NCBI GenBank assembly: GCA_902521325.1
Contig: CABYRE010000004.1
Coordinates: forward strand, 3,743-67,742
Direction: 5' to 3'
DNA length: 64,000 nt
Source: an uncultured Alphaproteobacteria bacterium
Lineage (GTDB): Bacteria; Pseudomonadota; Alphaproteobacteria; HIMB59; GCA-002718135
The translations under genes and the position numbers were made by a program. The notes beneath the pieces were generated by a model. The model ran no database searches. It was not told where the DNA came from and saw nothing but the letters and a program-made list of their open reading frames with translations. Position 1 is the stretch's first letter. Each line of letters opens with the position of its first letter. Shown here piece by piece: positions 10,922 through 19,342 of the stretch.

Positions 10922-10947
10922 TGCTAACCCATTTTAATGGGTTAGCA
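10922..10947 (+). terminator. Intercistronic stem-loop after the SBP gene (11-bp perfect stem, 4-nt loop); partial terminator or mRNA stabiliser
   Basis: TGCTAACCCAT-TTTA-ATGGGTTAGCA, seen directly. The U-tract is weak (TTCAAAAATTT). Confidence 0.5.
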
Positions 10948-10958
10948 TTCAAAAATTT

Positions 10959-11705
10959 ATGGAAAATATCATTGAGCTAAATAATGTTACAAAAAGATTT
11001 GGCGGTATTACTGCTCTAAACAAAGCATCATTAAAAGTAACCAAGGGTGAAGTGGTAGGTTTAATAGGTGATAATGGCGCAGGCAAATCAACATTAATTA
11101 AAACACTAGTAGGCGTATATAGTCCTGATGAAGGTGATATTCTTATAAGAGGAAAAAAAATAAATGCTTGGAATGCACTCAAGGCTAGAGAGTCTGGTAT
11201 AGAAACTGTTTTTCAAGATAGAGCTTTAACTCCACAACAATCAATCGTTAAAAATATTTTTATGGGGAAGGAACTTAGATATCCATTTGGTTTTATAAAA
11301 GAAAAAGAACAAATTTTTGAAGCAAATAGATTAATAAGAGAGATAGGTTTTACGTCAAAACTAATAAACGCTGAATCTCCAGTTGGAAATTTATCTGGAG
11401 GTGAAAGACAAGGAGTAGCAATTGCAAGAGCAATTTATAATAAAGCAGAATTAATTGTTCTTGATGAGCCCACAAATAACTTATCATTAAATGAAACACA
11501 AAAAGTTTTTGATTTTGTCTTAAATGTAAAAAAATCAAATAGATCAGTTCTATTTATTGGTCATAATATTTATCATGTATACGACATATCAGATAGATTT
11601 GTAATTTTAGATAGAGGAGAAGTCGTTCATCAAATAAATAAGAATGATATATCTACTCCAGAAGAACTAATGAAGTTAATGCGAGAAACAATAAAGGAAC
11701 ATTGA
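10959..11705 (+). CDS. Sugar ABC transporter ATP-binding protein (single NBD)
   Basis: Walker A GDNGAGKST, signature LSGGERQ and Walker B LIVLDEP. Confidence 0.9.
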   Translation: MENIIELNNVTKRFGGITALNKASLKVTKGEVVGLIGDNGAGKSTLIKTLVGVYSPDEGDILIRGKKINAWNALKARESGIETVFQDRALTPQQSIVKNIFMGKELRYPFGFIKEKEQIFEANRLIREIGFTSKLINAESPVGNLSGGERQGVAIARAIYNKAELIVLDEPTNNLSLNETQKVFDFVLNVKKSNRSVLFIGHNIYHVYDISDRFVILDRGEVVHQINKNDISTPEELMKLMRETIKEH

Positions 11706-12679
11706 TGAGTAAGAAAAATTCATATCTTAGTAACTACTTTCACAGAAATGGAAGAGCTCTAGGAAGCATTGGATACTTTGTACTTTTAATGGTAATTTTT
11801 TTAATAGGTGCGCCAGAAGCTTGGATAAGACCAAACCTTCATCAATCAGTATTTGTCATGATGCCAACTTTGATATTTTTAACTATACCATTAGTTTTTT
11901 TAGTTGCATCTGGTGAAATAGATCTTTCTTTTGCTTCTACTTACGCTGTAGCAGCTTACGTTTTTGCTTTACTCGTTAAAAATGGAGTCGATCCAGCTAT
12001 TTGTTTAGTTCTGGGCATTTTTACTGGAGCAGCTATAGGTGCTCTTGTTGGAACATTAATTGTTGTATTTAGACTTTCCTCTCTTGTTGCTTCACTTGGA
12101 GTATTATTTTTACTGAGAGGTGTAATTCTCTTATTATCAAACAGCAGATCAATTACGATTATGGAAGTAGAGAACCACTGGATCTACCCTCTTTTAGTTG
12201 GAAATTTTTATGGCTTCCCAATGCAAATTTTTTGGGCAGCAATATTTGTAATTTTTTGTTACTATTTTTTTAACAAACATGTTTTTGGTATTCATATTCA
12301 GCATGTAGGAGATAATTCTGTTAGTGCAGAACAGATGGGTATTAATGTAAATGCTGTTAAGATTAAAGCTTTCATGTTTGTGGGTGTCGGCGCTGCTATT
12401 GGTGGAATTTTTACAACGATGATTACTTATACATTTTTTCCTACTCAAGGATTTGGTTATTTATTGCTTGCTCTAGCTGCTGTTTTTGTTGGAGGCACTC
12501 CTTACTGGGGAGGGTTAGGAACTATTATTGGAGCAGTATTTGGCGTTGGTATTATTGCCTATATGGAAATAGGAATTATTGCTATTGGCTGGAGTGGTGA
12601 GTGGAGGCAATTCTTTAACGGATTAATTATATTGCTAGCATTATTAGGACATCGGTTACACGGAGAAAGAGTTAGATAG
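11705..12679 (+). CDS. Sugar ABC transporter permease (CUT2 / RbsC-like)
   Basis: Multi-pass hydrophobic protein. Its ATG overlaps the ATPase stop (TGATG). The ORF track lists a TTG at 11702. Confidence 0.85.
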   Translation: MSKKNSYLSNYFHRNGRALGSIGYFVLLMVIFLIGAPEAWIRPNLHQSVFVMMPTLIFLTIPLVFLVASGEIDLSFASTYAVAAYVFALLVKNGVDPAICLVLGIFTGAAIGALVGTLIVVFRLSSLVASLGVLFLLRGVILLLSNSRSITIMEVENHWIYPLLVGNFYGFPMQIFWAAIFVIFCYYFFNKHVFGIHIQHVGDNSVSAEQMGINVNAVKIKAFMFVGVGAAIGGIFTTMITYTFFPTQGFGYLLLALAAVFVGGTPYWGGLGTIIGAVFGVGIIAYMEIGIIAIGWSGEWRQFFNGLIILLALLGHRLHGERVR

Positions 12680-12685
12680 TATTAG

Positions 12686-13468
12686 ATGATTAATGTTGTA
12701 ATTTGGAATGAAAATATTCATGAAGTAGAAAATGAAGAAGTTAAAAAAATTTATCCCAAAGGTATTCATAACTGCATAAAAGATTTTTTATCAACTGATA
12801 ATAGCTTAGAAATTAAAACTGCAACACTCAAAGAAGATCAAAATGGATTAAGTGAAGAATTATTAAAAAATTGTGATGTTGTTATTTGGTGGGGTCACAA
12901 AGCACATGAAGAGGTATTAGATAAGACAGTTGATTTAGTACAAAGACGAGTTCTTGAAGGAATGGGTTTGATAGTATTACATTCCGGACATCATTCTAAG
13001 ATATTTAAAAGATTAATGGGTACTAATTGTAATTTAACCTGGAGAGAATATGGTGAAAAAGAAAGATTATGGATATGCAATCCTGGCCATCCTATCTGTG
13101 AAGGTTTGGAGCCACATTTTGAACTAGAAATGGAAGAAATGTATGGTGAGCCTTTTCAAGTTCCATCTCCAGATGAAACACTTTTTACTAGTTGGTTTGA
13201 AGGAGGAGAAACGTTTAGATCTGGATTATTATATAGAAGAGGGAATGGTCAAATATTTTATTTTCGACCAGGCCATGAAGCTTATCCAACTTATCATAAT
13301 ATTAATGTGCAAATTGTAATTAAAAATGCAATACATTTTGTAAAACAGAAACATAAAGTTTTGTGGGAAGACATTCATTCTCCTACTCCAAAAAGTAATA
13401 GACCAAAACCTATTGAAAAGATTAGTAAGAAAGGTTTTAGTGTAGGACATCCAACAGAAGAAAAATAA
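12686..13468 (+). CDS. ThuA-like (trehalose-utilisation, class-I glutamine-amidotransferase-like fold) protein
   Basis: N-terminal VVIWNENIHE...YPKGIH and central VIWWGHKAH...VLHSGHHSK blocks are characteristic of the ThuA family. Paired with a Gfo/Idh/MocA gene, as in thuAB. Confidence 0.75.
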   Translation: MINVVIWNENIHEVENEEVKKIYPKGIHNCIKDFLSTDNSLEIKTATLKEDQNGLSEELLKNCDVVIWWGHKAHEEVLDKTVDLVQRRVLEGMGLIVLHSGHHSKIFKRLMGTNCNLTWREYGEKERLWICNPGHPICEGLEPHFELEMEEMYGEPFQVPSPDETLFTSWFEGGETFRSGLLYRRGNGQIFYFRPGHEAYPTYHNINVQIVIKNAIHFVKQKHKVLWEDIHSPTPKSNRPKPIEKISKKGFSVGHPTEEK

Positions 13469-13469
13469 A

Positions 13470-14525
13470 ATGAAAATTGGTATTGTCGGAACAGGAAATA
13501 TCTCTTCAAGGCATCTTGATGAATTTAACAATATGCCAAATGTTAATGTTGAAGCTGTTTGTGATACAAATCAAAAAAATTTAGAAATATTTTTATCAAA
13601 TAACAAAGATTCAGATATCAGAGGGTATTTGAGTTTAGGAGAGATGCTTGAAAAAGAAAAAACTTTTGATGGAATAAGTAATACAACGCCTGATAAGTTT
13701 CATAAAGAAACAACGTTGCAAATTTTAAAAAGTGGTTATAATGTTTTTTGTGAGAAACCACTTGCTGAAAATTTTAGTGATGCAAAAGATATGGTTAATG
13801 CAGCAGCTCAATCTAAAAAAATTAATATGGTTAATTTTACTTACAGAGAGTCAAGTGCATATCAAAAATTAGTTGAAATATTAAAATCTGGAGAAATTGG
13901 GAATCCGAGACATATTAGTGCTTGCTATTATCAGTCTTGGCTAGCAAGTAATAAATGGGGTGATTGGAGAGAGGAAGACAAATGGCTGTGGAGACTTTCA
14001 ACTAAACATGGAAGTAACGGTGCATTAGGAGATACAGGTGTTCATATTTTTGATTTTGCTGTTAATGCTGTAGGTGATATTAAAGAGATATGTACTGATT
14101 TAAAAACATACTTCGATAAAGGAAATAAAATAAAAGAATATACATTAGATGCTAATGATGGATTCAATTCGTTAGTGAGATTTGAAAATGGAGCTATCGG
14201 AACAATAACCAATACAAGATATGCAACTGGACATGCAAACTCATTGATTCTAGAAGTATTTTGTACGAATGGTGCTGTAAAAGTTGAGCTAGATGAGGAA
14301 AGGACTAAGTGGTCAACATTACATATTTGTATTGATGAAAATATTAATAAAATGTCATGGGATACAATTGAATGTCCAAAAACTCCAAGCAATTATCAAA
14401 ACTTTATAAAATCAATAAAAACAAATTTGAATATGCAGCCCGATTTTTATCAAGGCGCTAAAATTCAAAATATTATTGATAAATGTATAGAAAGTAATGA
14501 AATTGGAAGTTGGGTTGACATTTAG
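13470..14525 (+). CDS. Gfo/Idh/MocA family oxidoreductase (ThuB-like partner)
   Basis: N-terminal Rossmann motif KIGIVGTGNIS and an EKP motif (FCEKPLA). Confidence 0.85.
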   Translation: MKIGIVGTGNISSRHLDEFNNMPNVNVEAVCDTNQKNLEIFLSNNKDSDIRGYLSLGEMLEKEKTFDGISNTTPDKFHKETTLQILKSGYNVFCEKPLAENFSDAKDMVNAAAQSKKINMVNFTYRESSAYQKLVEILKSGEIGNPRHISACYYQSWLASNKWGDWREEDKWLWRLSTKHGSNGALGDTGVHIFDFAVNAVGDIKEICTDLKTYFDKGNKIKEYTLDANDGFNSLVRFENGAIGTITNTRYATGHANSLILEVFCTNGAVKVELDEERTKWSTLHICIDENINKMSWDTIECPKTPSNYQNFIKSIKTNLNMQPDFYQGAKIQNIIDKCIESNEIGSWVDI

Positions 14526-14585
14526 TGGGACAAAATAGTTAATATTTATCTTTTAATTTTCATGATAGTTTTATAAATAAAAGTT

Positions 14586-15581
14586 ATGCCAGAAAAATTA
14601 GATAATGTTGATGAAAAATGGTTTAGAGCCGAAATAAGTAAAAAAGATCTAAAAGAGTTATCAAGAAAAAGTGATCTTAAAGGATTACAACATGTAACCA
14701 TATACTTTATTCTCTTATTTATTTTTGGATATATGTCCGTAGCTACATGGGGAACATGGTGGACGATTTTATGGTTATGGCTATACGGTGTTCTTTTTTA
14801 TTCAAGTAACCCAATTTGGCATGAATGTGGACATAGAACTGCGTTTAAATCAAAATTTCTAAATGAATTTTTCTATCAAATTGGTTCTTTTATGACTGAT
14901 TTTGAACCAACTAGATGGACTTGGAGTCATTTTAGACATCATAGTAATACCTCTTCCGTTGCTGATCCTCATGATTTTGAAGCAGCTTTGTTTCATAATT
15001 ATCCAAGTCTGAAAAGTTTCCTATTTAGTTTTGCTCCGTTTTATGAACTTATTAAATTCAAAGACTCCTTTAAATTTGAAACTATCAAGCACGCGTTGGG
15101 AATTACGACACCTGTTATGAAGGAATGTATTCCTCAAAATGAAATTTGGAAATGTCGTCTTATTTCAAGAATACACGTTTCTTTATGGATTGCTTCTTTT
15201 GCTCTATCATTTTATTTAATGAACCCTCTTCCTGCATTATTAATATTTTTTCCTAGGTACTGGGGCAACATTGTTAACATATTTAATATGACTCAGCACA
15301 TAGGACTTCCAGAAGATATTAAAGATCACAGGTTCACAACTAGATCTGTACGTTTTAATCCAATTTTTAGTTTTTTATATTGGCACATGGAATATCATGT
15401 AGAGCATCATATGTTTCCTTCCGTACCGTCATACAACTTACCTAAATTAAGTGATTTAATTAAAAATCAATTACCTAAAGCAAATACTAGTTTATACGAT
15501 GCATATAGGGAAATTATACCAGCAATTATCAGGCAGCATAAGGATAATTCCTATTATATATCAAAAATTGTACCATCATAA
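14586..15581 (+). CDS. Membrane fatty-acid-desaturase-fold di-iron oxygenase (paralog 2)
   Basis: His boxes HECGH, HFRHH and HVEHH. Alignable end to end with 7340..8353. Confidence 0.8.
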   Translation: MPEKLDNVDEKWFRAEISKKDLKELSRKSDLKGLQHVTIYFILLFIFGYMSVATWGTWWTILWLWLYGVLFYSSNPIWHECGHRTAFKSKFLNEFFYQIGSFMTDFEPTRWTWSHFRHHSNTSSVADPHDFEAALFHNYPSLKSFLFSFAPFYELIKFKDSFKFETIKHALGITTPVMKECIPQNEIWKCRLISRIHVSLWIASFALSFYLMNPLPALLIFFPRYWGNIVNIFNMTQHIGLPEDIKDHRFTTRSVRFNPIFSFLYWHMEYHVEHHMFPSVPSYNLPKLSDLIKNQLPKANTSLYDAYREIIPAIIRQHKDNSYYISKIVPS

Positions 15582-15643
15582 ACTACATACTTACGATACA
15601 TTTACAGTCGATTATTCATTTAAGCTCAACAAATTTAAAACTG

Positions 15644-15693
15644 TTATAAATTGACAGTAAATATCAACATTAGTAAGTCATTATAAATTGACA
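15644..15693 (+). promoter_or_regulatory. Two perfect copies of TTATAAATTGACA (15644-15656 and 15681-15693), 37 nt apart, upstream of the CUT1 SBP gene
   Basis: Seen directly. Each copy contains TTGACA. Could be tandem -35 elements or protein-binding sites. Confidence 0.4.
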
Positions 15694-15739
15694 ATAAGTA
15701 ATGATCGGATATTTGTTTTTTTATAATTTAGGAGGATTA

Positions 15740-17050
15740 ATGAAATACTCAATTAAAAGTCTAATAGTATTTATTTCTTCATTATTTTTTAGTTTCTCTG
15801 CATTTGCAGGAGGTCATGCTTATACTGGTCCAGATTTAACTGGCCAAAAGGTAGTTATGTTTGGTCCTTGGTTATCACCAGAACAAGAAACAATGAGAGA
15901 AGTTGGTGCTATATTTGAAAAAGCTACAGGAGCTACATTTGAATATGGTGGATCAGATAGTTTTGAACAACAAGTTATGATCGATCTAAAAGCTGGAAGT
16001 GCTGCTGATCTAGTTGTATTTCCACAACCAGGTCTAGCTGCAAACGCAGCAGCTATGGGAGGGTTAGTTCCTCTTGGAGATGACATAAAGCAAATGGTTT
16101 TAGATAACTATGCTGCTGGTCAATCATGGGTTGATCTCTCAACTTATGCGGATGAAAATGGTAATGATCAGTTTAATGCAATTTTCTTCAGAACAAATGT
16201 AAAAAGTTTAGTTTGGTATTCACCAGATAACTTTGAAGATAATGGTTACGAAGTACCTGGAACTATGGAGGAATTAATTGCATTAACAAGGCAAATGGCA
16301 TCAGATGGAAATACTCCATGGTGTATTGGTCTAGGTTCAGGTGCAGCAACTGGTTGGCCTGCAACTGACTGGATGGAAGATATCATGCTAAGAACGCACA
16401 CACCTGATGTTTATGACATGTGGGTATCCAACGAAATGCCTTTTAATGACCCAAGAGTTATTGAAGCAATGGATTTCTTTGGAACTTTTGCATTGAATGA
16501 TAAGTTTGTAAATGGTGGATCTAAAGCAGTAGCAACTACTGATTTTAGAGATGCTCCAAATGGACTTTTCACTTCACCTGCAGAATGTATGATGCATAGA
16601 CAAGCTAGTTTTATACCTGCATTTTTCCCTGAAGGTGTAGAAGCTGGTGTTGATTATGATTTCTTTTACTTCCCAGCATATGCAACTAAAGATTTAGGAA
16701 CTCCTGTACTTGGAGCTGGAACATTAGTAGCAGCTACTAATGATAACCAAGCAACAATAGAGTTTATTAAATTTTTAATGCATCCCGAAGCTCATGAATA
16801 TTGGATGGCTAAGGGTGGCTTCCTAACACCTCATAAAGGCGTTGACGGAAGTAAATATGCTAGTGAAACTTTTAGAAAACTAGGTGAAATTCTAACAGGC
16901 GCAACAACGTTTAGATTTGATGCGTCAGACTTAATGCCTGGTGCTATTGGTGCTGGAACTTTCTGGACTGGTATGGTTGACTATACTAACGGAAAATCTG
17001 CCCAAGATGTAACGGATGCGATCCAAGATAGTTGGGACGCAATTAAGTAA
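15740..17050 (+). CDS. Sugar ABC transporter substrate-binding protein (CUT1, family-1 SBP)
   Basis: Start moved to the ATG preceded by GGAGG (15731-15735). Signal peptide MKYSIKSLIVFISSLFFSFSAFA. Followed by MalF/MalG-type permeases and a MalK-type ATPase. Confidence 0.85.
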   Translation: MKYSIKSLIVFISSLFFSFSAFAGGHAYTGPDLTGQKVVMFGPWLSPEQETMREVGAIFEKATGATFEYGGSDSFEQQVMIDLKAGSAADLVVFPQPGLAANAAAMGGLVPLGDDIKQMVLDNYAAGQSWVDLSTYADENGNDQFNAIFFRTNVKSLVWYSPDNFEDNGYEVPGTMEELIALTRQMASDGNTPWCIGLGSGAATGWPATDWMEDIMLRTHTPDVYDMWVSNEMPFNDPRVIEAMDFFGTFALNDKFVNGGSKAVATTDFRDAPNGLFTSPAECMMHRQASFIPAFFPEGVEAGVDYDFFYFPAYATKDLGTPVLGAGTLVAATNDNQATIEFIKFLMHPEAHEYWMAKGGFLTPHKGVDGSKYASETFRKLGEILTGATTFRFDASDLMPGAIGAGTFWTGMVDYTNGKSAQDVTDAIQDSWDAIK

Positions 17051-17065
17051 CTTTTCAATTATTAG

Positions 17066-17100
17066 CAGGCGAACAATTAACTTGTTCGCCTGTTTTTTTT
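17066..17100 (+). terminator. Rho-independent terminator/attenuator directly after the SBP gene
   Basis: 11-bp perfect stem CAGGCGAACAA / TTGTTCGCCTG with a 5-nt loop, followed by T8. Confidence 0.8.
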
Positions 17101-17116
17101 ATATATTTACTCATTA

Positions 17117-18100
17117 ATGACTATCCTAAATTTAGTATTCATTGTTTTTTTAGGAGTATTATTTTTTATAGCCTACTTTCATATCTCAAATTATATTTTA
17201 GATGTTTATGGTAATAAAACTTTAAAGAGATTTAATTTTGAAAATTCAATCAGAGTCATAGTTTTTATAGCACCTGCATTTATTGTTTTATTTATTTTTA
17301 TTTTATATCCAGTATTTGAAACTATTAGGCTTAGCTTTTATGATAAATTTGGAAGAGAATTTGTTGGACTATATAATTACAAATGGGCAATTAACGACCC
17401 TGAATTTAGAAGAAGTATATTAAATAATTTAGTTTGGTTATTAGTTGTTCCGACTTTAAGTACTTTTTTTGGATTAGTCATTGCTAACTTAGCTGATAGA
17501 ATTTGGTGGGGATCAATTGCAAAATCTATAATATTTATGCCTATGGCAATATCATTTGTTGGTGCTGGAGTTATTTGGAAATTTATTTATGAATATAGAG
17601 GACCTGACAACACACAAATTGGATTATTAAATGCAATTATAGTTTCACTTGGTTATGAGCCACAAGCATGGTTAACAATACCAATGTGGAATAATTTCTT
17701 TTTGATGGCTATTATGATTTGGATACAAACTGGATTAGCTCTAGTTATTTTTAGTGCTGCATTAAGAAGTGTACCAAAAGAAATGCTTGAAGCAGCTAGA
17801 ATTGATGGAGCTAGTGAATTAAAAATTTTTTTTTCAATTATAATTCCCTATTTAGAACAAACGATACTTGTTATTTGGACTTTAATTACAATAATTGTTT
17901 TAAGAATTTTTGATATTATTTTTGCCATGACTAATGGGGAATGGCAAACTGGCGTCTTAGCTAACTTAATGTACGACTGGATGTTTAGAGGTGGTGGTGA
18001 CTCGGGAAGAGGAAGTGTTTTAGCTATTGTTATTATGATAGGTGTCATACCAATCTTAGCATGGAATTTATACAAACATAGACAGGAACAAAAAATTTAA
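17117..18100 (+). CDS. Sugar ABC transporter permease (MalF/UgpA-like)
   Basis: Six hydrophobic segments and an EAA-type loop (EAARIDGASELKIFFSIIIP). Confidence 0.88.
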   Translation: MTILNLVFIVFLGVLFFIAYFHISNYILDVYGNKTLKRFNFENSIRVIVFIAPAFIVLFIFILYPVFETIRLSFYDKFGREFVGLYNYKWAINDPEFRRSILNNLVWLLVVPTLSTFFGLVIANLADRIWWGSIAKSIIFMPMAISFVGAGVIWKFIYEYRGPDNTQIGLLNAIIVSLGYEPQAWLTIPMWNNFFLMAIMIWIQTGLALVIFSAALRSVPKEMLEAARIDGASELKIFFSIIIPYLEQTILVIWTLITIIVLRIFDIIFAMTNGEWQTGVLANLMYDWMFRGGGDSGRGSVLAIVIMIGVIPILAWNLYKHRQEQKI

Positions 18101-19239
18101 TGAAGAAATTTTCAATATCATCTATCTTGTCTCAATTACTACTACTGTTTTTTGTTATTATATGGATCATTCCTACATTTGGTCTTTTTATTAGCTCCTT
18201 AAGAGATAAAGATTTGTTAGCTATAAGTGGATGGTGGACTTCCTTAACTACTACAGAAATAAATGAAATTTATAGAATGTCGGGAATGGAAAGCCAAATT
18301 GAAGAAGATGGTTATTTCAAAATTAAAGGAAAGTTATTTGAAGTTAATTCAGGAAAAAAAATAGGAAGTTTTGGTATTACTTCAAAGAAAATTAATGAAT
18401 TTAATATTGGAGATGTAGCAATTTTTAAAGATGAAAGTGAAGTACTTCTTGATGAAGATGGAAATTATGAATGGAGATCAAGAACACAATTTACAAAGAA
18501 AAAAGGTAAAAGATTATTTACTACATCCTTAAGCCCTCCTGCATTTACTTTTGAAAATTATAGAGAAGTTTTATTCAAAGAAGGAATTGGCAGAGCTTTT
18601 ATTAATACAATGGCAGTAGCATTACCTTCAACACTAATTCCATTAATAATATGCTCTTTCTTTGCATACTCCTTAACTTGGATGAAATTTTATGGAAGAG
18701 ATACTTTATTAGCAATAATAATTGCCTCTCTTGTTGTTCCTCTTCAAATGTCTCTAATTCCAATACTTACAATCTATAATGATTTTGGACAATTATTTGG
18801 AGTAGCGGCTAAGTCCTATCCCGGTGTTTGGATGGCACATACTGGTTTTGGATTAGCCTCAACTACTTTTCTATTAAGAAATTTTTTAAAAAGCTTACCT
18901 AATGAAATGATGGAAGCTGCTAAAGTTGATGGTGCTTCTCATTATGATATTTTTTTACGCATAATTATTCCTCTTTCGATACCAGCTTTTGCTTCAATAT
19001 TTATTTTACAATTTTTATGGTGTTGGAATGATCTTTTAGTAGGTTTAGTATTTTTAGATCAGGTTCCAAGTGAAATAATATTAACCGCAAAATTAAAAGA
19101 ATTACTTGGATCTAGAGGAGAAAACTGGGAAATTTTAACTACTGGAGCTTTTGTATCAATGACCGTACCTTTATTTATCTTTTTTGCCTTACAGAGATAT
19201 TTTATACGAGGTTTAGTAGCTGGATCAGTGAAAGGGTAA
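18100..19239 (+). CDS. Sugar ABC transporter permease (MalG/UgpE-like) with enlarged first periplasmic loop
   Basis: EAA loop EAAKVDGASHYDIFLRIIIP and a TAATG junction with the upstream permease. About 130 residues lie between TM1 and TM2. Confidence 0.88.
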   Translation: MKKFSISSILSQLLLLFFVIIWIIPTFGLFISSLRDKDLLAISGWWTSLTTTEINEIYRMSGMESQIEEDGYFKIKGKLFEVNSGKKIGSFGITSKKINEFNIGDVAIFKDESEVLLDEDGNYEWRSRTQFTKKKGKRLFTTSLSPPAFTFENYREVLFKEGIGRAFINTMAVALPSTLIPLIICSFFAYSLTWMKFYGRDTLLAIIIASLVVPLQMSLIPILTIYNDFGQLFGVAAKSYPGVWMAHTGFGLASTTFLLRNFLKSLPNEMMEAAKVDGASHYDIFLRIIIPLSIPAFASIFILQFLWCWNDLLVGLVFLDQVPSEIILTAKLKELLGSRGENWEILTTGAFVSMTVPLFIFFALQRYFIRGLVAGSVKG

Positions 19240-19252
19240 ATACTAAAAAGTA

Positions 19253-19281
19253 TTGATTTTTCAATAAATATACCTTTAAAT
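19253..19281 (+). promoter_or_regulatory. Candidate internal promoter for the ATPase gene (TTGATT-N17-TTAAAT)
   Basis: Pattern match in a 103-nt spacer, which is unusually long for this operon. Confidence 0.25.
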
Positions 19282-19342
19282 ATAATTATATTTGTATGAT
19301 GATGTATTCATACACTTGAAAGATCGCTCAAAGGAGGATGAA

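Noticed and set aside
15651-15693. The two TTGACA hexamers as straightforward tandem sigma70 promoters
   Set aside because: Neither has a convincing TATAAT-like hexamer at 16-18 nt. The nearest good TATAAT (15722-15727) is 28 nt from the second TTGACA. They are kept only as an unexplained repeat.
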